Source: Thermoplasmata archaeon (lineage in GTDB: Archaea; Thermoplasmatota; Thermoplasmata; Lutacidiplasmatales; UBA184). Taken from it: a DNA stretch of 41,803 nucleotides. This document shows positions 24,182 to 31,946 of the stretch, in pieces; positions within the stretch are counted from its first letter, which is position 1, and the number at the start of each line of letters is the position of its first letter. Below the pieces are notes generated by a model, which worked only from the letters and a program-made list of their open reading frames with translations, made no database searches and was not told the origin of the DNA. Made by a program: the position numbers and the translations under genes. The DNA is taken from assembly GCA_030043855.1 (NCBI GenBank), contig JASHWW010000006.1, positions 1-41,803 on the forward strand, read 5' to 3'.

Positions 24182-25036
24182 CTATCTCCCGAGGTCCGCC
24201 CGCCGGAGCACCGTCGCAAGGTAGGGGATCTCCACGAGTCGGGCCGACGTACCCGAGCGAAGCGGCACCGGCGCGGCTCCTTTCTCGCAGATGAGCCGCG
24301 CATCCTGCCAGTGTCCGGCGGAACTCTCCTCCAGGCGGAGGATGGTGGCGAAGGCCGCGCGGCCGGAGGACGGAGCTCCCGAGCACCCGACCACGAGCGA
24401 GTACCCGGAGCCGGCGAGGAGCTCGATGAGCGGGGCCGCCGCGAACCAGGGGCAGACGCCGTCGGCCCGCTCCGCGTTCGGTACGACGAGGACGCCGGAC
24501 CGTCCGGCGGGCGGTGGCTCGGAGAGGATCCGTTGCGCGATGTCGGGCAGACGGAGGAACCCCAGCAAGCGGGCGGCGGCCTCCCCGTCGTCGTCCCGTT
24601 GCAAGAGCGAGGCGAGGCCCCGGGGTTCGGCCGCCGTCGAGGACCCTCGGAGGTCCGCTTCCGGCAGCGTCCAGCGGCAGTCGGGCGGGATCCATCCCAT
24701 CTCCGCGGGGGAGACCGGCGCCGGAGCGGGATCCTCGAGCTGGACCCAATGGAAGCGCGGCGACCCCGCGTGCGCGAGGCCGTACAGGACCCACGGGATC
24801 AGCGTCGGGCTCGGCGCGGAGAGGAAGAGGGAGGTCGGGCGGACGAACAGCCCCTCGGGCCCGCCTTTCGCGGTCGGGGGACGGGGCGGTCGCGGTCGGC
24901 TCCCGGCGGCCGTCGTTCCCGAACGACCGGCGATCGGGCGGCGCAGGCGATCCAGTCGGCGAGCGGCCGGGTCCGGGCGATGTTCGCCGTCGGGCGTCTC
25001 CGCGGAGAACGCGACGGCGTCGGCGGGTTGCTGCAT
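24182..25036 (-). CDS. hypothetical protein, no confident family (speculatively a degenerate RecA/KaiC-like fold without a Walker A motif)
   Basis: High GC3 in this frame. Natural composition includes W and F (LIPWVLYGLAHAGSPRFHWVQLE, GVLVVPNAE, GYSLVVGCSG). The overlapping plus-strand ORF 24119..25054 is Arg/Gly junk. The N-terminal 60 codons or so are low-complexity, so the start is uncertain. Confidence 0.5.
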   Translation of the reverse strand: MQQPADAVAFSAETPDGEHRPDPAARRLDRLRRPIAGRSGTTAAGSRPRPPRPPTAKGGPEGLFVRPTSLFLSAPSPTLIPWVLYGLAHAGSPRFHWVQLEDPAPAPVSPAEMGWIPPDCRWTLPEADLRGSSTAAEPRGLASLLQRDDDGEAAARLLGFLRLPDIAQRILSEPPPAGRSGVLVVPNAERADGVCPWFAAAPLIELLAGSGYSLVVGCSGAPSSGRAAFATILRLEESSAGHWQDARLICEKGAAPVPLRSGTSARLVEIPYLATVLRRADLGR

Positions 25037-25095
25037 GGGCGTGAGGCTCGGTAGGGTCCCTCCCAGAGATGAGACGGGTCCGAACAGTTTCGGCG

Positions 25096-25113
25096 GACCG
25101 AACGGGTTCGGTC
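25096..25113. promoter_or_regulatory. perfect 8-bp inverted repeat GACCGAAC-GG-GTTCGGTC (operator candidate)
   Basis: It lies in the divergent intergenic region between the 24182..25036 gene and the HTH_10 gene. A second, imperfect copy, CCGAAC-A-GTTTCGG, lies at 25080-25093. Confidence 0.45.
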
Positions 25114-25238
25114 GGTCCGGGGGCGGCCGACGGTACCGCGCGGGACGCCGGCATCGGTCGCCAAATCCTTTATCTCGGCGGTCCCCCGTTCCGCGGACGG
25201 GGCCCGGCCGGGGTTCCCGTCATCGGGAGTCACCGCGC

Positions 25239-26012
25239 GTGGGACGCACCGTGGAGTCGAAGCGACCGGAGGCGGGTCGCCGCGCGAGCCGTTCGGGCCG
25301 GCCGACATCGGACGACCGGCTGGCGGCCCTCCGGGACGCCCGGGCCCCCGAGGAACGGGCCCGGTTGTTCCTCGCGACCCTCCGGATCCGGGTGCCGAGA
25401 ACGCTCTGGACCGGCCCGTTCTCCGCCGCCCATCCGACCGTCCGGGTCGAGGTTCTCAACCGTACGGAGCTCGGGTCCGACGTGTCGGTCTCCGACTATT
25501 GGATCGGGGGCCACCCCGCCGGGGTCTGGGCGCGCGAGATCGCGAGCTACCCCGACGTCCTCCACATCGACAGCCTCGCCGAGGTGGGCGACGGATGCGT
25601 CTACCGGATCACCTACCGGAACCCGCCGATCATCTACCTCTACCGCCGGCTCAAGCTCCCGATGCAGTTCCCGCTCCGCATCCAGGGCGGGGTGATCGAC
25701 TGGGAGGTCGTCGCCCGGTACTCCGAGTTCCAGGAGATCCTCGAGCACGCGCGCGCCGCCGACCCCAACGTCTCGATCGTCTCCATCCGCCGGCGGCCCC
25801 TGCGCAGCCACCTCCCCGTGTTGACCGAGGCCCAGCACGAGCTGCTCTCGCAGGCGATGGCCGCCGGGTACTTCGCCGTCCCGCGCGGGATCACGCTCAC
25901 CGAACTCGCCCGCCGGCTCGACCGGAGCAAGTCGTCGATCTCCGAGTCGATCGCCCTCATCGAGAAGAAGCTCCTGGAGAGCGCCCTCCGTCCCTCGACG
26001 CTGCTCCCGTAA
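25239..26012 (+). CDS. HTH_10 (bacterio-opsin-activator-like) DNA-binding protein
   Basis: The C-terminus LTEAQHELLSQAMAAGYFAVPRGITLTELARRLDRSKSSISESIALIEKKLL is the HTH_10 signature. GTG 25239 has GGGAG 8 nt upstream and TTTATC at 25169-25174. The 5' 950 nt of track ORF 24291.. is junk. Confidence 0.8.
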   Translation: MGRTVESKRPEAGRRASRSGRPTSDDRLAALRDARAPEERARLFLATLRIRVPRTLWTGPFSAAHPTVRVEVLNRTELGSDVSVSDYWIGGHPAGVWAREIASYPDVLHIDSLAEVGDGCVYRITYRNPPIIYLYRRLKLPMQFPLRIQGGVIDWEVVARYSEFQEILEHARAADPNVSIVSIRRRPLRSHLPVLTEAQHELLSQAMAAGYFAVPRGITLTELARRLDRSKSSISESIALIEKKLLESALRPSTLLP

Positions 26013-26046
26013 CCGGCCCCCGCGGGGGGCCCCGAGGACGGTCGCC

Positions 26047-26553
26047 CTACGTGGCGGCCCGCCAGCGCGGGATCGTGAGCAGCTCCAGCACGTGCGAGCG
26101 GTCCGCTCCGAAGTGCGCGACGTGGAGGTAGACGATCGCCCACGCGAACAGGGTCGCGAACAGGTCGAGCAGGATCCAGACGACGGTGGCCCCGGCGAGC
26201 TCGGCCCCCAGCCCGAGGGCGGCGAGGACGGCCGCGGTGAGCGCGAACGAGGCGGAATAGACCAGCAGGCGGGACTCGGGAGCGTGGAGCCCCGGGCTCG
26301 GGACTTGGGCCGTCGGGGCGATGAGGGCGAGCGCCCGGAGGACCAGGAACCCGAAGAACCCGACCGACAGGAGGAGCAACCCGACGGAGCCGACCGCCGT
26401 GTCGTACGTCTCGATCCCGCTCGGGTTGGCCCCCCACAGGATCAGGTAGAACAACGCGACCAGCACCGAGGAGATCAGGAACCCCGTGAGGCGGACATCG
26501 TCCATCGGATGGCGCGGAACGTAGTCGTGGAGCCGGTTCGTCAGGGCCGACAC
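26047..26553 (-). CDS. hypothetical membrane protein (about 4-5 TM)
   Basis: Hydrophobic helices. GTATAGAC (minus-strand reading of about 26577-26584) lies about 24 nt upstream of the ATG. Confidence 0.55.
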   Translation of the reverse strand: MSALTNRLHDYVPRHPMDDVRLTGFLISSVLVALFYLILWGANPSGIETYDTAVGSVGLLLLSVGFFGFLVLRALALIAPTAQVPSPGLHAPESRLLVYSASFALTAAVLAALGLGAELAGATVVWILLDLFATLFAWAIVYLHVAHFGADRSHVLELLTIPRWRAAT

Positions 26554-26669
26554 GGCACGTTCGACGTGGCTCCCGGTCTATACACTTCTCGGTCGGTCGG
26601 AGACCCCGCGGGAGCAGGTGGCGCGGGCGCCCCCGAGGGCTTTATGGGGGGCGCCGGGTGGGCGGACCG

Positions 26670-27380
26670 ATGGGAATTCCTCCGGCGACCGTCGAGCGCC
26701 TCCTCCAGGAGAACCGGGACCACGAGTGCCCCGGGGCTCCCGAGATCTGCGTCCGGTTGGTCGCCTACGCGGAACTGCCGAGCCGGTTCGGGGAGTATCA
26801 GGTCGCGGCGTTCTGGAACTCCGGCGGGCGTCACGACCACGCGGCGTTCGTCCACGGCGACGTCTACGACCGGGAGGCGGTGCCGGTGCGGATCCACTCG
26901 GAGTGCCTCACCGGAGACGCGGTCGGGTCGCTGCGGTGCGACTGCCGCGACCAGCTGATCGCGTCGCTGGAGTGGATCGGCCAGCAGGAGCGCGGGATCG
27001 TCGTCTACCTCCGGCAGGAGGGTCGCGGCATCGGCTTCGCCAACAAGATCCGGGCGTACCAGCTCCAGGACGCCGGCTACGATACGGTGCAGGCGAACGA
27101 GGCGCTCGGCTTCCGTCCCGACGAGCGCGATTACGGGCTCGCGGCGCACATCCTCGGCTCGCTCCACGTCCGGTCGATCCGAATCCTGACCAACAACCCG
27201 CAGAAGGTCGCGGATCTGAAGCGCCACGGGGTCGAGATCGTCGACCGCATCCCACTCGTGATCCCTCCGAATCCGAGCAACCGTGCCTACCTCGAGACGA
27301 AGCGGGTCAAGATGGGCCATCTGCTCGACGTGGAGCAGGCGGAAGAGGCGGTCGACCTCCCGCGGGACGCGCCCCCGTAG
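26670..27380 (+). CDS. ribA: GTP cyclohydrolase II (bacterial-type RibA)
   Basis: VRIHSECLTGDAVGSLRCDCRDQL is the zinc site; YLRQEGRGIG and NNPQK are also present. TTTATGG at 26641-26647 lies 22 nt upstream of ATG 26670; the track start GTG 26658 is too close to the TATA box. Confidence 0.93.
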   Translation: MGIPPATVERLLQENRDHECPGAPEICVRLVAYAELPSRFGEYQVAAFWNSGGRHDHAAFVHGDVYDREAVPVRIHSECLTGDAVGSLRCDCRDQLIASLEWIGQQERGIVVYLRQEGRGIGFANKIRAYQLQDAGYDTVQANEALGFRPDERDYGLAAHILGSLHVRSIRILTNNPQKVADLKRHGVEIVDRIPLVIPPNPSNRAYLETKRVKMGHLLDVEQAEEAVDLPRDAPP

Positions 27381-27386
27381 CGCCCG

Positions 27387-27614
27387 TCACCCGACGTGGG
27401 CCTGACGGTTGTGCCGTTGGAGGGCGCTCACCGAAGCGAGCTGGGCCCCGCACACCGAACACTTCACCGACCGGGTCGCGGGCGTTCGCGTGGGACCCCC
27501 GGCCGGACCGGCGTGGCTCTCGCGCGCGTGGGCCTCCAGCGCCTCCTGCGACCGGAACGTCGCGCCGCACTCGGGGCAGGCGCCCTCGACCTCGTCGTAC
27601 TCGACGTACGGCAC
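27387..27614 (-). CDS. small protein with two classical C2H2 zinc fingers
   Basis: CPECGATFRSQEALEAHARESH and CSVCGAQLASVSALQRHNRQAH both follow the C-x2-C-x12-H-x4-H pattern. Confidence 0.75.
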   Translation of the reverse strand: MPYVEYDEVEGACPECGATFRSQEALEAHARESHAGPAGGPTRTPATRSVKCSVCGAQLASVSALQRHNRQAHVG

Positions 27615-27715
27615 GGAGGTCCGGAAAGGGGGTGGGGCCCATCTTCCTTTCGGCGCGGGCCCCGGATGCGCCTTAAGGCCGACCGGGCTCTGCCCCCGCC
27701 GCGCGAGGCGCCCCG

Positions 27716-28264
27716 GTGTCGATCAACTGGTTCAACGTCGCGATCTGGTCGCTCGTCGGGACGTGGGTCCTCGTCGTCGGGACGCTGGCCCTGATGTACT
27801 GGCAGACCCGGACGAGCCAGCATCTCAACTCCGCCAACGCGGTGATGACGCTCCGCGAGCGGTTCGATTCGCCGCGGATGCGGACGTCCCGGCGGGCCCT
27901 GAGCGAGCGCCTGCTGCATACGCAGGAGGAGGGCGACCTCGCGAGCGTCGAGGTCGTGACGTTCTTCGAGCTGGTCTCGACCTTGACGCACCGCAAGGTG
28001 CTCGACGACGACCTGGTCTGGGAGGCGTTCGGGACGTGGATCTCGGCGTACTGGTGGAGCCTGCGGCACCCGGTCGACCACGTGGCGAGGATCCGCAAGG
28101 ACCTGTTCGACCCGCTCGTCTTCCACGAGTTCGAGTGGCTCTCCGAGCGGATGGACGTTCTCGACCGCGAGTTTTTCGGGGACACGCCGGTGCCGGAGGA
28201 GGACGTGGAGGCGCGTCGCGTCCTCGAACGGGAGGCGCGGCTCGAGTCGCACGGGCCGCCCTGA
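27716..28264 (+). CDS. N-terminally anchored protein, tentatively DUF4760-like
   Basis: The start is GTG. The TM segment is VAIWSLVGTWVLVVGTLALMYW. FFELVSTLTHRKVLDDDLVWEAFG..FHEFEWLSERM resembles the DUF4760 pattern. Confidence 0.55.
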   Translation: MSINWFNVAIWSLVGTWVLVVGTLALMYWQTRTSQHLNSANAVMTLRERFDSPRMRTSRRALSERLLHTQEEGDLASVEVVTFFELVSTLTHRKVLDDDLVWEAFGTWISAYWWSLRHPVDHVARIRKDLFDPLVFHEFEWLSERMDVLDREFFGDTPVPEEDVEARRVLEREARLESHGPP

Positions 28265-28291
28265 GCCATCGCGCCCGCGGAACGCGCCCCG

Positions 28292-28747
28292 CTAGGTGGG
28301 GCTCGTCGGCGGCACGAGGACCAGGAACGTGAAGACGAACGACCCGCCCCACTCGAGGACGACCTCGGACCCCGGGCTCGCGTAGAGCGGCACGTAGTGC
28401 GTGAGCGCGAACGGATACGACGTGCCGTTCGGCACCGTGACGTTCCCGACGAGCTGGCCCCCCACCAGCGTGTACCAATCGATCGCCCGGATCGCCACCG
28501 TCGTGTTGTGGAACGTCACGTTCGCGGGCTGACTCGAGCGCGCGGGCCAGATCGGGTACGGGAACGGGGCGACCTCGAAGTAGTAGGAGTGTCCGTCGTA
28601 GGTAACGATCGCCGGCGCGTTGTAGTTCGGCTGGAGGCCGGGGATCCATCCCCCGAACAGGGCGACGCCGAACCCGGCCATCGCGACGAGGCCGACGACC
28701 AGGGCCGTCCCCTGACGCCGGGACATCGGAAAGTCCCGGTCCATCAT
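28292..28747 (-). CDS. hypothetical signal-anchored extracytoplasmic protein
   Basis: The N-terminal TM segment is ALVVGLVAMAGFGVALFGG, followed by a beta-rich domain with NVT, NTT, NVT and NGT sequons. CTTTAACG (minus-strand reading of about 28772-28779) lies about 25 nt upstream. Confidence 0.6.
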   Translation of the reverse strand: MMDRDFPMSRRQGTALVVGLVAMAGFGVALFGGWIPGLQPNYNAPAIVTYDGHSYYFEVAPFPYPIWPARSSQPANVTFHNTTVAIRAIDWYTLVGGQLVGNVTVPNGTSYPFALTHYVPLYASPGSEVVLEWGGSFVFTFLVLVPPTSPT

Positions 28748-28813
28748 CGGGGGCCCCCGAGGCGACGACGCGTTAAAGGCGGCGGGAGGGCCGGGACGGA
28801 CCGTTCCGCGGGT

Positions 28814-29212
28814 CTACGGGGGCCCGGGGCGCTGCCGGAGGTCGTTCATGATCTGCTGGTACTGCTCCCGGGTGATCTCGCCGCGCGCGTAGCGCTGGCG
28901 CGCGATCGCCCACGCGTTCTGGTGGGGACCGCCGCCGTTGTAGCGGCGGGAGCCGCTGCCGCGGGTCGTCCAGAACGCGACCCGGACCGCGAAGAACGCG
29001 ATCCAGAGCAGGAAGAAGATCCCGAAGAACCCCCACCACGGAAAGAAGTAGGGCCCCCCGCCCGACCCCGCCGTGCCCCGTTCGTACAGGAGGACGACGA
29101 AGAGCACGGCGATCGCGAGGACCACCCCGAGGAAGACGAGCCCGATCCGGCGGCGGCGTCGACGGTGCTCCTCCCAGGGATCGGTGCCGTAGGTCGGGAG
29201 GGGGGCCGTCAT
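28814..29212 (-). CDS. SHOCT-domain membrane protein
   Basis: Two TM segments, then the C-terminal AIARQRYARGEITREQYQQIMNDL, which is the SHOCT signature. Confidence 0.75.
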   Translation of the reverse strand: MTAPLPTYGTDPWEEHRRRRRRIGLVFLGVVLAIAVLFVVLLYERGTAGSGGGPYFFPWWGFFGIFFLLWIAFFAVRVAFWTTRGSGSRRYNGGGPHQNAWAIARQRYARGEITREQYQQIMNDLRQRPGPP

Positions 29213-29301
29213 CCCACGGCCCCGTCGTTCGCGGTCCCGGAATAAGAACTCTGGTCCGCGCCGGAGGGACCCGTTTCATACGCGGGGCCGTTCCCGGAGA
29301 C

Positions 29302-30252
29302 GTGCGCGCGGTGGCCGTACGGGAGTTTCGCGCCCCTCCGGAGCTCGTGGCCGTCCCGCCGCCCGAGCCGGCGGGCGGGGAGGTCGCCGTCCGGATCGAA
29401 GCGGCTGGGGTGAACCCGTTCGACTGGAAGATCGCCGACGGGATCCTCTCCCCGCGACGTCCGCACGTGTTCCCTCTGGTCCTCGGGGTCGACGGGGCCG
29501 GGGTCGTCACGGCCCTGGGCCGCGGCGCGTCCCGGTTCCGCGTCGGCGATCGCGTCTTCGGCCAGTTCCTTCACGATCCGGTCGGGATCGGAACGTACGC
29601 CGAGGCGTCCACCGTCCCCACGGGGATCGCCGTCGCCCCGATCCCCGAAGCGTGGTCGTCGGTGGAGGCCGCCGCCGTTCCGACCGCCGGGATGACCGCG
29701 CTCGACGCCCTCGAGCGCTCCGGGGTCGAGCCCGGAGGCAGTCTCCTCATCGTCGGTGCTACGGGCGGCATCGGGTCGTTCGCGACCGCCCTCGCCGTCG
29801 CCCGCGGGATCCACGTGCTCGCCGCCGTCCGTCCCGAGGCCGCGGACCGCGCGCGGGACCTCGGCGCGGAGGCGGTCGTCGCCACCGGCACCGCGGATGC
29901 CCTCGATCGGGCGAGGGCGGCACGACCGAACGGCGTCGACGCGATGCTCGACGTCGTGGGCCCCCGGGAGTCGTTCGTCCGCTGGTCGTCGCTGGTACGT
30001 CCCGGCGGGACCGCCCTGACCTCCGTCTACGTCGCCCCGACGACGCCACCGGGAAGTTCCGGCCCCCGATTCGTGAACCTCGACCTGCAACCGAGCGCCG
30101 AACTGCTGGATCGCCTCGTCGTCCTGCTCCAGCGCACGCGCCGGCGGATCCCCGTCGAGCGGACGATCGCGCTCGAGGGTGCCCCCTCGGCACTGGTCGA
30201 GAGCCGGGCGGGCCGGCTCCGGGGGAAGACGGTCATCGCTCTCGGACGCTAA
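29302..30252 (+). CDS. NADPH:quinone oxidoreductase / zinc-type alcohol dehydrogenase superfamily (MDR)
   Basis: VRIEAAGVNPFDWK and LLIVGATGGIGSFA (Rossmann motif). The start is GTG, with TTTCATAC about 21 nt upstream. Confidence 0.85.
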   Translation: MRAVAVREFRAPPELVAVPPPEPAGGEVAVRIEAAGVNPFDWKIADGILSPRRPHVFPLVLGVDGAGVVTALGRGASRFRVGDRVFGQFLHDPVGIGTYAEASTVPTGIAVAPIPEAWSSVEAAAVPTAGMTALDALERSGVEPGGSLLIVGATGGIGSFATALAVARGIHVLAAVRPEAADRARDLGAEAVVATGTADALDRARAARPNGVDAMLDVVGPRESFVRWSSLVRPGGTALTSVYVAPTTPPGSSGPRFVNLDLQPSAELLDRLVVLLQRTRRRIPVERTIALEGAPSALVESRAGRLRGKTVIALGR

Positions 30253-30303
30253 CCGGCGCTTCGGCACCGGGAACGCTCTTCCCCGCGAGCCCGTTCCCGG
30301 ACC

Positions 30304-30939
30304 ATGCCCCCGAAGGTCCGGCTCTACTCGCTCCCGATCAGCCACTACTGCGTCTCCGCCGAGCGGATGCTCGCGTTCAAGGGCGTCCCGACGGAGATCG
30401 TCCCCGCGGCGTACCACACGCGGCAGGAGCTCTTGCGCCGCACCGGGCAGGACTACGTCCCCACCCTGTTGTGGGGGCGCCGCACCGTGCTGTGGCACGA
30501 GATCCCGGAGTTCCTCGACCGGGTGCGTCCCGAGCCGTCGCTCCACCCCGCCGGGCAGGAGGCGCTCGCTCGCGCGATCGAAAACTGGGGGCATCAGGTC
30601 GTGGAGGAACGGGTGTGGCGGGTCGTCGTCACCGAAGTTCCGCCCGTCCTGTCGAGCGACGACGAACGGTGGGTCTTCGAGGAGCTGCAGGTCCGGGCCC
30701 GGGGCCCCTTCGCGGTCCTCCGCTCCCGGCAGAAGGAGTTCGAGCGGGAGTTGCAGCCGTACTTCGCGATGATCGACGGCATGGTGCAGGACCGTCCCTA
30801 CGTGCTCGAGGTCCCGACGGTCGCCGACTTCGGCCTCTACGGCTCGCTCTCCCCGTGGTGGACCGTCGGGCGAACGACGCCGCGGACCTACCCCCACCTC
30901 GCCTCGTGGGCGCGACGGATCCGGGCGTTCGGGACGTGA
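30304..30939 (+). CDS. glutathione S-transferase / glutaredoxin-2-like protein
   Basis: The thioredoxin-like N-terminus is RLYSLPISHYCVSAERMLAFKGVP..YVPTLL, followed by a helical C-terminal domain. Confidence 0.65.
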   Translation: MPPKVRLYSLPISHYCVSAERMLAFKGVPTEIVPAAYHTRQELLRRTGQDYVPTLLWGRRTVLWHEIPEFLDRVRPEPSLHPAGQEALARAIENWGHQVVEERVWRVVVTEVPPVLSSDDERWVFEELQVRARGPFAVLRSRQKEFERELQPYFAMIDGMVQDRPYVLEVPTVADFGLYGSLSPWWTVGRTTPRTYPHLASWARRIRAFGT

Positions 30940-31715
30940 GGCGACGAACGAGCGCGCCCGACACGTATCGCCGTCTGGCCGAGGAGTACGACACGGTCTA
31001 CGGGTGGAAGCAGTACCGTCGGGAGTCGGACCGCATCCGCCAGATCGTCCGCCGAACCCTGCCGGCCGGTCGCCCGACATTGCTCGACGTGGGGTGCGGG
31101 ACCGGCGGGCACCTGCGTCACTTCCGCCGTTGGAGCCGGGCCACCGGACTCGATGCCAGCGGCCCGATGCTCGCGATCGCCCGGCGACGCCTGCCCGACG
31201 TGACGTTCGTTCGTGGACGGATGGAATCGTTCCGCCTGGGTCGGCGATACGACGTCATCACGTGCCTCTTCTCGGCGATCGGGTACGTGCGGACGGGGGC
31301 CGCGCTCCGACGCACCCTCGCGACCTTCGCCCGCCACCTCGCGGACGGTGGGGTCGTCGTGGTGGAGCCGTGGATCGAGCCCGTCCGGTTCCGGGACCGC
31401 ACCGTCCACGTCGCGACGGCGGGTCCGCGGACCTCTCGTGTCGTCCGAGTCGGCCATCCGGTGCGGCGGGGCGGGCGGTCGGTGCTGACGATGCACTACG
31501 TCGCGGCCGGGCCGGCGGGGATCCGGCACTGGTCCGAAGTCCACGACATGGGACTCTTCGACCGGCCGACGATGCGGTCGGCCTTTGCCGCCGCCGGACT
31601 CCGCGCGCGGCGGATCCCGAGCGGGTTCCAAAGCGATCGCGGGCTCTGGGTGGCGGTCCGGCTCGCCGACGCGACCGGGCGGCGACGCCCGGCGGCCCCT
31701 ATTCGACGACGGTGA
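30936..31715 (+). CDS. class I SAM-dependent methyltransferase
   Basis: LLDVGCGTGGH (motif I) and DVITCLFSAIGY. GTG 30936 overlaps the GST stop (GTGA). The 5' part of track ORF 29652.. is junk. Confidence 0.85.
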   Translation: MRRRTSAPDTYRRLAEEYDTVYGWKQYRRESDRIRQIVRRTLPAGRPTLLDVGCGTGGHLRHFRRWSRATGLDASGPMLAIARRRLPDVTFVRGRMESFRLGRRYDVITCLFSAIGYVRTGAALRRTLATFARHLADGGVVVVEPWIEPVRFRDRTVHVATAGPRTSRVVRVGHPVRRGGRSVLTMHYVAAGPAGIRHWSEVHDMGLFDRPTMRSAFAAAGLRARRIPSGFQSDRGLWVAVRLADATGRRRPAAPIRRR

Positions 31716-31875
31716 TCTCGGCCTTCGCGGCCCGGAACTCGGCCGAGCGGTGGGATCCGTCGCAGAACGGCTTGTTCTTCGAGTGGCCACAGCGACAAAG
31801 CGCCGTCGAGACCTTCCCGTCGACCATCACCAAGTTCGGCCCGTTCTCGTTCGCGAGGATCTTTACCGTCGGCAT
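31699..31875 (-). CDS. CDGSH-type iron-sulfur domain protein (58 aa)
   Basis: Not in the ORF track because it is under 60 aa. Hand translation: MPTVKILANENGPNLVMVDGKVSTALCRCGHSKNKPFCDGSHRSAEFRAAKAEITVVE, which has C-x-C-x2-(S/T)-x3-P-x-C-D-G-S-H. ATTAAG (minus-strand reading of about 31905-31910) lies about 30 nt upstream. Confidence 0.85.
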   Translation of the reverse strand: MPTVKILANENGPNLVMVDGKVSTALCRCGHSKNKPFCDGSHRSAEFRAAKAEITVVE

Positions 31876-31946
31876 GGGCGTGGCAGAATCACGGCGGAGG
31901 GGCGCTTAATCCCTGTGCACGTCCGCGCAGGCAGGTATCCCGGACG

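Noticed and set aside
24119-25054. Plus-strand 311-aa ORF (and 24156..25154 on the minus strand) as alternatives to the 24182..25036 gene.
   Set aside because: Both have Arg/Gly/Glu-rich low-complexity translations. The chosen minus-strand frame has natural composition and strong G/C at third positions.
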